A stretch of DNA of 64,000 bases from an uncultured delta proteobacterium (GTDB lineage: Bacteria; Desulfobacterota; Binatia; Binatales; Binataceae): NCBI GenBank assembly GCA_963733715.1, contig CAVTEN010000004.1:75109-139108 (forward strand), given 5' to 3'. A program made the position numbers and the translations under genes. Under the pieces are notes generated by a model. It ran no database searches. It was not told where the DNA came from and saw only the letters and a list, made by a program, of their open reading frames with translations. This document shows positions 38,103-46,198 of this stretch, in pieces; positions within the stretch are counted from its first letter, which is position 1; each line of letters begins with the position of its first letter.

Positions 38103-39434
38103 TCACTCGAGGTCCGCGTCGTCGTCATCGTTGTCGTCGAGGGCGTCGTCCTGGGCGTCGAATTCGGCGCCGAGCAGGCGGCGCGCGACTTCGGCGGCGA
38201 ATGCGGCGTCGAGAGTCTTGTCGTCGCGCTGCTTCAGCCCCGACAGAATCCTGTGAAGCAGCTTGTTTGTGAGTCCGCGCGTCAATAATACAACTCGCTC
38301 GCGTTCGGCGGGGCCGAGCTGCGCCATCCACCCGCGCGCGCGGCCCAGCTCGTCGTCGCGCAATCGCTCGACGCTGTAGCGGATGTCCTTGATGGTCGGC
38401 GTCAGGTCCAGGCCAGCGAGCCATTTGAGGAACGAATCGAGCTCGAGCTCGACGATCTGTTCGGCCTTTTCGGCTTCGCGTTCGCGGTCTCCAAGCGATC
38501 GTTGAACCAGCGCGCCGAGATCGTCGATATCGTACAGATACACATTTTGCAGCGCGTTTAGCCGCTCGTCGAAATTGCGCGGCACGCCCATGTCGATCAG
38601 AAACATCGGCCGGTAGCGGCGCTCTCGAATCACCGACTCGAATTCGTCGGGCCCCAGGATTGGCTTGGTCGAGGAGACCGAACCGATCAGCACGTCCACC
38701 ATCTTGAGATAAGGTTTGTAGTTATCGTACGGCACGGCGGTGCCGCCGAGGTCGCGCGCGAGCGCGACTGCACGATCGAAAGTGCGCGATGTAATCAGGA
38801 TCGACTCGACTCCGAGCGCTCCGAGTTGCCGCGCGGTCAACTCCGCCATCTTGCCCGCACCCATCAGCATCACGGTCTTGTCTTTGAGCGTGTCGAAAAT
38901 CTGGCCCGCCAGCGCGACCGCCGCGCTGCTGACGGATACCGAACCGTGACCGATGAGCGTGCCCCGGCGCACGCGCTTGGCTACCGTGAACGCCTTGTGG
39001 AACGCGCGATGCAAAATCAACCCGACGCTGCGCGCCGCGGACGCCTGCGCATACGCGAGCTTGAGCTGACCCAGTATTTGCGGCTCGCCGACGACCATCG
39101 AATCGAGACTCGCGCCGACGCGGAACAGATGGCGCGCGGCGTCGCGGCCGGCGAAACTGTAAACTGCATCGGCGAACTCGGTCTGCGCGACTCGTCTGTC
39201 AGCGGACAAAAATTTGAGCGTCTCATCCGCCGCTCGCGATGCATCGATGGCGACTCCTACTACCTCGACGCGATTGCAGGTCGAAATCAGCGCCACCTCG
39301 GTCACACCGGACGACGATTCGCGCAGCCGACCGAGCGCGGCCACGATCTCATCGTCGGCAAACGCAAGCCGCTCGCGCAACGCGACCGCCGCGCTGCGAT
39401 GGTTTATTCCCACGATGAATAGCGTCTGATCCAT
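38103..39434 (-). CDS. hemA: Glutamyl-tRNA reductase
   Basis: FIVGINHRSAAVALRERLAF, LISTCNRVEV (active-site Cys), MLMGAGKMAEL. Acidic tail DDALDDNDDDDADLE. Confidence 0.9.
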   Translation of the reverse strand: MDQTLFIVGINHRSAAVALRERLAFADDEIVAALGRLRESSSGVTEVALISTCNRVEVVGVAIDASRAADETLKFLSADRRVAQTEFADAVYSFAGRDAARHLFRVGASLDSMVVGEPQILGQLKLAYAQASAARSVGLILHRAFHKAFTVAKRVRRGTLIGHGSVSVSSAAVALAGQIFDTLKDKTVMLMGAGKMAELTARQLGALGVESILITSRTFDRAVALARDLGGTAVPYDNYKPYLKMVDVLIGSVSSTKPILGPDEFESVIRERRYRPMFLIDMGVPRNFDERLNALQNVYLYDIDDLGALVQRSLGDREREAEKAEQIVELELDSFLKWLAGLDLTPTIKDIRYSVERLRDDELGRARGWMAQLGPAERERVVLLTRGLTNKLLHRILSGLKQRDDKTLDAAFAAEVARRLLGAEFDAQDDALDDNDDDDADLE

Positions 39435-39441
39435 TTTGACG

Positions 39442-40269
39442 TCAGCCGAAACTGCCGCCGTGCTTGCCCGGAAAAATCAGGTTAACGCCCACGAACGAGC
39501 CAACCAACACGCTCGCCAGCACGATTGTGAGCGCCGCCGCGCGCCGCCCGCGCCATCCTACGGTGAGGCGCGATTCGAGCAGGCCCGCGTATAAGATCCA
39601 AATCACCAGCGACCACGATTCTTTGGGCTCCCACGACCAGAAATGGCCCCAGGTCGCGTCGGCCCAGATCGCGCCGCTGACGATCGCCAGGCTCAGCATC
39701 ACGAAGCCCCATCCCAGCAACCGATAATTGATTCGGTCGAGCTTTTCGAGACTCGGCGCACCTTCGTTGGCGGGACCGAGCGCGCGTTTCGATTTGAGCC
39801 GCGACTCGTACGCGAGGTAAACGATACTCACGCTCGCCGCCAGCACGAACATCGTGTAGCCGAGGATTGCGAGCGTCACGTGAATCGGCAGCCATACGCT
39901 GCGAAGCGTCTCCGGCAAAACCAGCCGCCCGCTGCTGGTCGCGAGCGAGGCCGCTCCCAGGGCTATAGTCACCGCCGGCGCGACGAACGCGCCAATCACC
40001 GCGAGCCTGAGGCGTACGATCATCAGCAGGCCGGCCAGCGCGGTAAGCCACGCCAGAAAGGAGAGCGCCTGCGCAAAATTCGCCACCGGAATATTGCCCG
40101 CCTGCAGGCCGCGCGCGGTCAAATCAAACGCATGAAAGATCGCGCCGGCGCCAAGGATCGCAACCGCGTAGCCGGTTGCGCGGGTGCGGCCCGACGAACG
40201 ATCGAACACAAACAACGCGGCCGAAAGCGCGTAGCACGCGAGCGCCGGCAATAGCCACAATGTATCCAT
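39442..40269 (-). CDS. CcsA/HemX-like cytochrome c assembly family membrane protein
   Basis: ATG 40267-40269 (MDTLWLLPALA). Trp-rich motif WADATWGHFWSWEPKESWSLVIW. Its position between sirC and hemA mirrors hemX in hemAXCDBL-type operons. Confidence 0.75.
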   Translation of the reverse strand: MDTLWLLPALACYALSAALFVFDRSSGRTRATGYAVAILGAGAIFHAFDLTARGLQAGNIPVANFAQALSFLAWLTALAGLLMIVRLRLAVIGAFVAPAVTIALGAASLATSSGRLVLPETLRSVWLPIHVTLAILGYTMFVLAASVSIVYLAYESRLKSKRALGPANEGAPSLEKLDRINYRLLGWGFVMLSLAIVSGAIWADATWGHFWSWEPKESWSLVIWILYAGLLESRLTVGWRGRRAAALTIVLASVLVGSFVGVNLIFPGKHGGSFG

Positions 40270-40285
40270 CGGATTTTTCAGTTTT

Positions 40286-40963
40286 TCACTGAGAGTCTTC
40301 GGCCAGCGCCAGTCCAAGCGCCGCCAGACCGACACCATCACCAAGACAACTAGCAAGAATCCGCTCGATTGCGGCAACGTCGCCAACGGCGATCGCGTCG
40401 GGCAGCGCGGAGTCGGCGAGTTCTTTCAGTCGTCGCATTCGATCCGCTGGATCTATTTCGTCGGCGTGCAATCGAAGGCGCGCCGCGCGCAACACTTTGA
40501 GCGTGAGCGCGTGCTCGGTACCGAACCGATCCTCCAACTCGCGTCTGAGGCGCGCAGCAAATGCGGGCGACGCGCCGCCGGTCGAAATTGCTATCTGAAG
40601 ATCGCCACGATTCACAACCGCGGGCGAGATGAACGTACACAACTCGGGAACGTCGACTACATTTATCGGGATCCCGAGCGCACGCGCCTCCGCGACCAGC
40701 GCGCGATGCAATTTCGGATCGTCGGTTGCTGCGTATACCAGTACGCATCCGCGGATATCGCCGCGCTCGTAGCCGCGGGCGATATGCGTCACCAGCCCGC
40801 GCGCGGCCATTGACTCCAGCTGCCGCGACAGGCGCGGACTCACGACTGTTACCTGGGCGCCAGCATTCAGCAACGCCTCGATTTTGCGCGCGGCAACCTC
40901 GCCGCCACCGACCACCACGCATTCGCGGCCGGTTACGTCGAGAAATATCGGAATGTATCCCAT
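40286..40963 (-). CDS. sirC: Precorrin-2 dehydrogenase / sirohydrochlorin ferrochelatase (SirC / CysG N-domain type)
   Basis: IPIFLDVTGRECVVVGGGEVAARKIEALLNAGAQVTVVSP, ATDDPKLHRALV, GDLQIAISTGGASPAFA. Confidence 0.85.
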   Translation of the reverse strand: MGYIPIFLDVTGRECVVVGGGEVAARKIEALLNAGAQVTVVSPRLSRQLESMAARGLVTHIARGYERGDIRGCVLVYAATDDPKLHRALVAEARALGIPINVVDVPELCTFISPAVVNRGDLQIAISTGGASPAFAARLRRELEDRFGTEHALTLKVLRAARLRLHADEIDPADRMRRLKELADSALPDAIAVGDVAAIERILASCLGDGVGLAALGLALAEDSQ

Positions 40964-40996
40964 GAAACTTACGCGATTTTATTACATGATGACGTG

Positions 40997-41410
40997 ATGA
41001 GACAGTCCCAAAAGCCCGACGCGCCGTCGTCCAACGATTCTATTATTCGAGCACTGAATCAAACCCGCGGGACTGTGCTCTGCGCGCGACTCGAGAACGC
41101 CGGCGGTCTCGCGGGCCAGGGCCGCGGCTTGCTCGGTCGCGACGGCCTCGAGCCGGGAACAGGGATGCTATTCGAGAATGGGCGATTCACCCCGTTCATG
41201 TGGATGCACATGTTCTTCATGCGCTTCGCGATCGATATCGTTTTCCTGGGACGGGGCAATACCGTCATCAGGATCAATCGTCGGCTGAAGCCGTGGCGAG
41301 TGTCCTCCGTCGTATTCGGGGCGCGAAACGCACTGGAGCTTCCGGCGGGCGCGTCGGACGACAGTTCAACACAGGTGGGAGATCAGATCGTGTTCGAAGC
41401 GATAGAGTAG
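40997..41410 (+). CDS. DUF192 family protein
   Basis: RGLLGRDGLEPGTGMLFENGRFTPFMWMHMFFMRFAIDIVFL..ALELPAG..VGDQIVF. GTG 40994 is also possible. Confidence 0.75.
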   Translation: MRQSQKPDAPSSNDSIIRALNQTRGTVLCARLENAGGLAGQGRGLLGRDGLEPGTGMLFENGRFTPFMWMHMFFMRFAIDIVFLGRGNTVIRINRRLKPWRVSSVVFGARNALELPAGASDDSSTQVGDQIVFEAIE

Positions 41411-41682
41411 GCGTCCGCAATTCGTCCAAAGAACAACCTCATCTAGATTTCTCCAAGTCAGGGCCTATTTAGTGGTGCGATTCGAGGCACCCACCATGGA
41501 TTGACATTCATCGCTAAGCTCATCTATATCGAATCAAGGCCTCTTTGACCGTCTTAGATTTCCAGAAATAGTCCCTCTATGCCTATCTCTGTTGCGGGCT
41601 CGCAACCAACAGTTGCATCACTGCGGCTGCCGTAATCCGCTTTGAAATGAAAAAGTTGAAGGAATTGCTCGATAGATCAAGA

Positions 41683-41698
41683 TGGCACGAGAGATGCT
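41683..41698 (+). promoter_or_regulatory. Candidate sigma-54 (-24/-12) promoter upstream of flp1
   Basis: TGGCACGAGAGATGCT versus consensus TGGCACG-N4-TTGCW. GG and GC are at the canonical spacing, with one mismatch in the -12 box. It lies 183 nt upstream of the flp1 ATG. A sigma-54 activator is encoded at 51007..52491. Confidence 0.5.
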
Positions 41699-41880
41699 CA
41701 CGATACGTCTCGCCTTGGCACAGTAAAAGTTGCCACAAGCGAAGCTCGCGCTCGTCGGGGGAGGAAATGGACTGAACGGTCGCGTGGCGTCGCCGGACCG
41801 TAAGTTGGAAAGCTCGAATAACTAATGGGGACAATGGCCAATTTCGGCCAATTAAACAGACTGAAGGAGGATACGGGACA

Positions 41881-42051
41881 ATGGACAAGATCATCGGAAT
41901 GTTTGTGAAGGCTCGGGAGTTTCAGAAGGGACAGACGATGGCTGAGTACGCCCTGATCATGGCCGCCGTCGCGGTCGTAGTGTTCGTCGGCTACCAGACG
42001 ATGGGCACGACCATCACCACGCTGCTCAGCACCGTGGACAGCAAACTCTAA
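41881..42051 (+). CDS. flp: Flp/Fap-family type IVb prepilin, copy 1
   Basis: Not in the ORF track (56 aa). MDKIIGMFVKAREFQKGQTMAEYALIMAAVAVVVFVGYQTMGTTITTLLSTVDSKL. Flp motif G/QTMAEYALI. GGAGG sits 10 nt upstream. Confidence 0.9.
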   Translation: MDKIIGMFVKAREFQKGQTMAEYALIMAAVAVVVFVGYQTMGTTITTLLSTVDSKL

Positions 42052-42146
42052 TCGAAAGGCGACGTCTCGGGGTGGCGCGCTAACAGTTCGCCACCCCAAA
42101 AATCGACAACCAGCGCGAAAATTGGCGCGCGGAGGAAACAAACAAC

Positions 42147-42317
42147 ATGAATGCAATCACCAAACTAGTTGTCCGGGCGCGCGAATTTCAGCGTGGCCAG
42201 ACCATGGCCGAGTACGCGCTGATCATGGCCGCCGTCGCGGTTGTAGTGTTCGTCGGCTACCAGACCATGGGCACGACCATCACCACGCTGCTGAGCACCG
42301 TGGACAGCAAGCTCTAA
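42147..42317 (+). CDS. flp: Flp/Fap-family type IVb prepilin, copy 2
   Basis: MNAITKLVVRAREFQRGQTMAEYALIMAAVAVVVFVGYQTMGTTITTLLSTVDSKL. The mature part is identical to copy 1, with synonymous differences only. SD GGAGG. Confidence 0.9.
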   Translation: MNAITKLVVRAREFQRGQTMAEYALIMAAVAVVVFVGYQTMGTTITTLLSTVDSKL

Positions 42318-42397
42318 ATTCGAGAACTGTGAATCATGGATGGCGGACTAACCCATCCGCCACCCACATTAAACACAAGCGGGTTGAGGAGGAATTC

Positions 42398-42568
42398 ATG
42401 CGATCGATCACGAAGTTGGTAGTGCAGGCCCGCGAATTTCAGCGTGGCCAGACCATGGCCGAGTACGCGCTGATCATGGCAGCGGTGGCCGTCGTCGTTT
42501 TCGTGGGCTATCAGACGATGGGCACGACGATTACGACGCTGTTGTCCACCGTTGACAGTAGCCTGTAG
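42398..42568 (+). CDS. flp: Flp/Fap-family type IVb prepilin, copy 3
   Basis: Last 56 codons of track ORF 42122..42568. MRSITKLVVQAREFQRGQTMAEYALIMAAVAVVVFVGYQTMGTTITTLLSTVDSSL. SD GAGGAGG. Confidence 0.9.
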   Translation: MRSITKLVVQAREFQRGQTMAEYALIMAAVAVVVFVGYQTMGTTITTLLSTVDSSL

Positions 42569-42679
42569 TCATCCGATGGCCTGACGGTCGTCAGGGAGGC
42601 TCTCTTAGCGGGGGTTGGTGACCCAACCCCCCACTAGGAGTTCACTCCAGGAGCGCGACCACCTTGGGAGGGGAAGTCG

Positions 42680-42850
42680 ATGAGCCGGCGGAAGGGAATT
42701 TATAAATTAACTGCAACCTCGCAGGGTCAGACTATGACCGAGTATGCTCTGATACTCGCGACAATCGCTCTGATATCGACCGCACTTGTCCAGAATGCGG
42801 GCACTATCATCAATACGCTAACTATTCGCGTGGTTAATCTGTTTCAGTAG
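42680..42850 (+). CDS. flp: Divergent Flp-family prepilin, copy 4
   Basis: MSRRKGIYKLTATSQGQTMTEYALILATIALISTALVQNAGTIINTLTIRVVNLFQ. It keeps GQTMTEYALIL. Visibly lower GC and different codon usage from copies 1-3. Confidence 0.8.
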   Translation: MSRRKGIYKLTATSQGQTMTEYALILATIALISTALVQNAGTIINTLTIRVVNLFQ

Positions 42851-43085
42851 GCCACGTGGTATTTCAGGAAAATCTGTGATGACGGCCAGCTCAAATCCGC
42901 TCTACAAGGGTAATTTTAGGAAGATCTACACTACAAATACGACTATTCTTGGCTCGGGCTTGCTAATCAATTCCACTGCCAGCCTGGCTGATGCTGAAGC
43001 TACTTTTAAGATGTACAAGATGCTAGGATGCGCAACGATTCTTTGAAGTTAGCCGGCCGTCACACGGTCGGAGGGGAGGGGTAAT

Positions 43086-44192
43086 ATGAGACGACCGATG
43101 GTATTCGTCTTGCTCGCGGGGTTGGCGGCGATGCTCGCTTCGGTGATGGTGTACTCCGCCTTGAAGCGGAGAGAAGCCGAAGTTCAGAACGCGATGTCGC
43201 ACAACGTCGAGGTAGTGGTCGCGGCGTACGATCTCCCACTCGGCACCAAGATCGATCTGGGCGAAGTGAAATTGGCGCGCTGGTCGGCCGACAGTCTGCC
43301 CGAAGGTGCGTACACCGATCCCCACCAGGTCATCGGCAGCTACGTGAAGAACTCGTTGGTAGCCAACGAGCCAATCGTGCAGGCCAAGCTGTTCACCGGG
43401 GACAAGACGGCGGGCGTGATGCCCTTGCTGATTCCTTTCGGGATGCGCGCCGTATCGGTTCCGGTGGATGAGGTCAGCGATGTCGCGGGCTTCGTGCTGC
43501 CGCATACTCGCGTCGACGTGCTCGTTGCGACCCAGGGCGAAGGCTCTGGCGCAGGCGATAAATCGTTCTCGAAAGTGATTCTGCAGAACGTCGAAGTGCT
43601 CGCGGTAGCGCAGGAAGTCGAACAAAAGAAAGACGAGCCGCAAATCGTGAAAGTCGTCACGCTGCTGGTGACGCCGCAGGAGTCCGAGCGCCTGGCGCTT
43701 GCGAGTCATTCGGGAACGCTGCGCCTCGCGATGCGCAACTACAATGATAACAAGATCGTTCTGACCAGCGGCAGCGACGTCGCGCAGATGCTGCGGGCGT
43801 ACAGTCTGGCGCCTGACGTTCCGGTGATGGCGGTACAGCCTGAGCCTCGTCACGTGGCCGTCGCGGTACCGCATCGGCGCAAGGCGGTCGAGATCGAGAT
43901 TCTCCGCAACGGCAAATCGTCCGAGTCCGTGTCGTTTGTGAATGAAGCGGCAGCGGATGTCGACGGCTCGAGCAAGTCAGTGGGCCATATCCGCAAGGCG
44001 GCGGTGAAAGACGACGAAGACACCGCTGACGACGCAACCGACGCCAGCGCCGATGCGACAGGTGCAACGACGGTGGCGAGCGCTCCCGCGCCCGAGCGTC
44101 ACGACCTTGCGGCGCCCATCGTTGTTCCGGCCGGCGCACCCAACGCGACGGCGGATCACGTGCCGACGCCTAAGACGATCGACATACCTTAA
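43086..44192 (+). CDS. cpaB: Flp pilus assembly protein CpaB/RcpC
   Basis: N-terminal TM MVFVLLAGLAAMLASVMVY. SAF-like VVVAAYDLPLGTKIDLGEVKLARW. RcpC-like MRAVSVPVDEVSDVAGFVLPHTRVDVLV..LQNVEVLAV. Acidic/Ala-rich tail. Confidence 0.85.
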   Translation: MRRPMVFVLLAGLAAMLASVMVYSALKRREAEVQNAMSHNVEVVVAAYDLPLGTKIDLGEVKLARWSADSLPEGAYTDPHQVIGSYVKNSLVANEPIVQAKLFTGDKTAGVMPLLIPFGMRAVSVPVDEVSDVAGFVLPHTRVDVLVATQGEGSGAGDKSFSKVILQNVEVLAVAQEVEQKKDEPQIVKVVTLLVTPQESERLALASHSGTLRLAMRNYNDNKIVLTSGSDVAQMLRAYSLAPDVPVMAVQPEPRHVAVAVPHRRKAVEIEILRNGKSSESVSFVNEAAADVDGSSKSVGHIRKAAVKDDEDTADDATDASADATGATTVASAPAPERHDLAAPIVVPAGAPNATADHVPTPKTIDIP

Positions 44193-44213
44193 TTAAGCCG
44201 CGACGAAGACGAG

Positions 44214-46121
44214 GTGAAGAAGATGAAACCAACACGAGGATGTGGACTGCTTCCGTGGCTAGTTGCTGCTTTCAGCATGCTCATGCTTCGGCCCGGCCTG
44301 CTGTATGCGGACGACGGCACGACAATGGCTCTCGCCTTGAATGCTGGCGAGAGTTACGTAATCAACAACGTCAGCCCCGGCGAAGCGCCGGCTGTGAACG
44401 TGATCACAAACCCGCATGCACTGGTGGTGCATAACGAGGAGCCGGGCAAGGTTGTCCTCCTAGGTGCAGAAGCGGGCGAATGGACCGTCGCGGTCAAGAC
44501 CACTGATGGCAGCACCGTTAAGTATGATGTGACGGTTAAGTCGGTCGCCAACATCAAAGACATCAATAATCCCGGCAAAGCCCCGGGACCAATCGAGGGT
44601 ACCGGCGCGACCACTGGCAGCGCGGCTCCTGTCGTAGCCAAGATGGATCCGGGCACAGGTCCGGTTGCATCGCCTTCGTCACCCGCTTCGATTTCTTCAT
44701 CGGCTTCGTCTGCTTCCTCATCTTCAGGAAGCTATACGACCACGACCGATACGGTGGCGGCCGCTTCGCCCAGCGCGCCGGTAGCGGCAGCGCCCGGAGT
44801 TGCAACACCTCCCGCTCCTATCAGCCACTCGACCTTTGACTTTGCTCCTTCGTCTCCGGCCGCTTCCTACGCGCCTCCGGCGCCGTCGAGTCAGACCGCT
44901 TCGGCATCGCTGTCGAACGAGCGGTATCGGGTCGATCCGTCTGTCAGTCTGAATGGCGGCGAATTGCGCTCGGGTGCAGTGTCTGGCGGACGGCATTACC
45001 TGCCCGAAGACGGAGTGCAGTTGCAGACCGGGAGCTCGAGAATAATCGACTTTGCAAGCAAGCTCCGCCGCGTGTCGATCGCCGATACGACGGTCGCGGA
45101 CATCCAGGTAATCAATCCGTTCCAGGTCAATCTGATTGGCCATAAGCCGGGCTTCACGACACTTGCGGTTTGGGACCAGACCGGGCAGTACCAGGAGCGC
45201 CCGGTGCGAATCGATCCCAACGGCAAACAGCAGGTGTTGCTCAACACGATGGTGGCGGAGCTGGATCGTTCTGCAATCGAGAACCAGGGAACTAACATTT
45301 CGGTCGCGCTCGCCCGAGCAGGAATATCGCTGGTTGGATTGCCGGGTGCGGTGGCGACACCGTTCAACCCGTCGACGAGCATCACCTCTCCTTCCGGGGT
45401 GGTCACTACCTCTGGTAATTCGCTGGTTGCTCCCGGATCCCTTAACTCGCTGATCCTGTCGCAGGGGATGACTTATGGTTTAGCGGTGGGAAACAGTAAT
45501 TATCAGCTCCAGGGATTTTTCCAGTACCTCGAGAACCACCAGCTCGCAAAGATTCTCGCGCAGCCGCATCTGCTGGCGAATTCAGGTGAAGAAGCAAAGT
45601 TTCTGTCTGGCGGCGAAATTCCAATCGTGCTCGCACAGGCTCTTAATACTTCGATCGTATTCAAACAGTTCGGCACTTCGGTTGAATTCGTTCCGACTGT
45701 CATAGGCCGCAATGATATCGAGCTGCTCGTGAAGCCCGAAGTATCGGAACCCGATTTTGCCCACGGTGTGCAGCTGTTCGGCTTCAGCGTCCCGGCATTC
45801 GTGACTCGGCGCGCTGAGACCCTGGTGCAGATGAAGGACAATCAGACGTTGATCATCGCGGGCCTGATTCTGCACGAAAAGAAGACGCAGATTCAGAAAG
45901 TCCCATACATAGGCGACGTCCCTTACATCGGCGGACTGTTCCGCAACACCAGCTATTCGAACACCGAAACCGACCTCGTGATGAGTGTAACCCCGCAAAT
46001 CGTGCAGCCGCTGCCCGATGGCGCCTCGGTTTACAACCCGACTTCGGTGCCCGATCTGACGCGTGAGCAGATCGAGACCCGTCGCCTGGCGCAGCCGGAC
46101 ATTACACGGCCTAGATTTTAG
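44214..46121 (+). CDS. cpaC: CpaC/RcpA secretin
   Basis: Two pilus-N-type domains (..VINNVSPGEAPAVNVITNPHALVV.. and ..RVSIADTTVADIQVINPFQVNLIGHKPGFTTLAVW). Secretin core LANSGEEAKFLSGGEIPIV..FKQFGTSVEF..VPYIGDVPYIGGLFR. Confidence 0.88.
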   Translation: MKKMKPTRGCGLLPWLVAAFSMLMLRPGLLYADDGTTMALALNAGESYVINNVSPGEAPAVNVITNPHALVVHNEEPGKVVLLGAEAGEWTVAVKTTDGSTVKYDVTVKSVANIKDINNPGKAPGPIEGTGATTGSAAPVVAKMDPGTGPVASPSSPASISSSASSASSSSGSYTTTTDTVAAASPSAPVAAAPGVATPPAPISHSTFDFAPSSPAASYAPPAPSSQTASASLSNERYRVDPSVSLNGGELRSGAVSGGRHYLPEDGVQLQTGSSRIIDFASKLRRVSIADTTVADIQVINPFQVNLIGHKPGFTTLAVWDQTGQYQERPVRIDPNGKQQVLLNTMVAELDRSAIENQGTNISVALARAGISLVGLPGAVATPFNPSTSITSPSGVVTTSGNSLVAPGSLNSLILSQGMTYGLAVGNSNYQLQGFFQYLENHQLAKILAQPHLLANSGEEAKFLSGGEIPIVLAQALNTSIVFKQFGTSVEFVPTVIGRNDIELLVKPEVSEPDFAHGVQLFGFSVPAFVTRRAETLVQMKDNQTLIIAGLILHEKKTQIQKVPYIGDVPYIGGLFRNTSYSNTETDLVMSVTPQIVQPLPDGASVYNPTSVPDLTREQIETRRLAQPDITRPRF

Positions 46122-46198
46122 TTGGACGTAGGAGAAGACATAGCCGAGTAATTAGTGCATGATATGGCACCGCATAGCTGAAGCAGGGAGAGTGTGAA

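Noticed and set aside
41474-41496. GGTGCGATTCGAGGCACCCACCA, which resembles a tRNA T-arm plus CCA end and could be an att remnant at the Tad boundary.
   Set aside because: The loop is 8 nt and there is no acceptor-stem sequence. It does not match the 3' end of tRNA-Asn or tRNA-Val in the window.
41715-41736. TTGGCACAGTAAAAGTTGCCAC, a second sigma-54-like string upstream of flp1.
   Set aside because: The GG-to-GC spacing is 3 nt too long for a -24/-12 promoter. It may be a direct-repeat protein-binding site instead.
41583-41894. 103-aa minus-strand ORF in the flp leader with a faint LuxR/GerE-HTH-like stretch (RELRLWQLLLCQGETYREHLSCHLDLSSNSF).
   Set aside because: Codon usage is very atypical for this genome (TTA, CTT, ATT, CAA). 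There is no SD, and it overlaps the flp1 start and the sigma-54 box. The resemblance is weak and needs an extra residue. It is worth an HMM check but is not supportable.
42122-42568. 148-aa ORF spanning the flp2-flp3 region.
   Set aside because: Only its last 56 codons (42398..42568) are a real gene (flp3). The upstream part is an open frame running out of frame across flp2.
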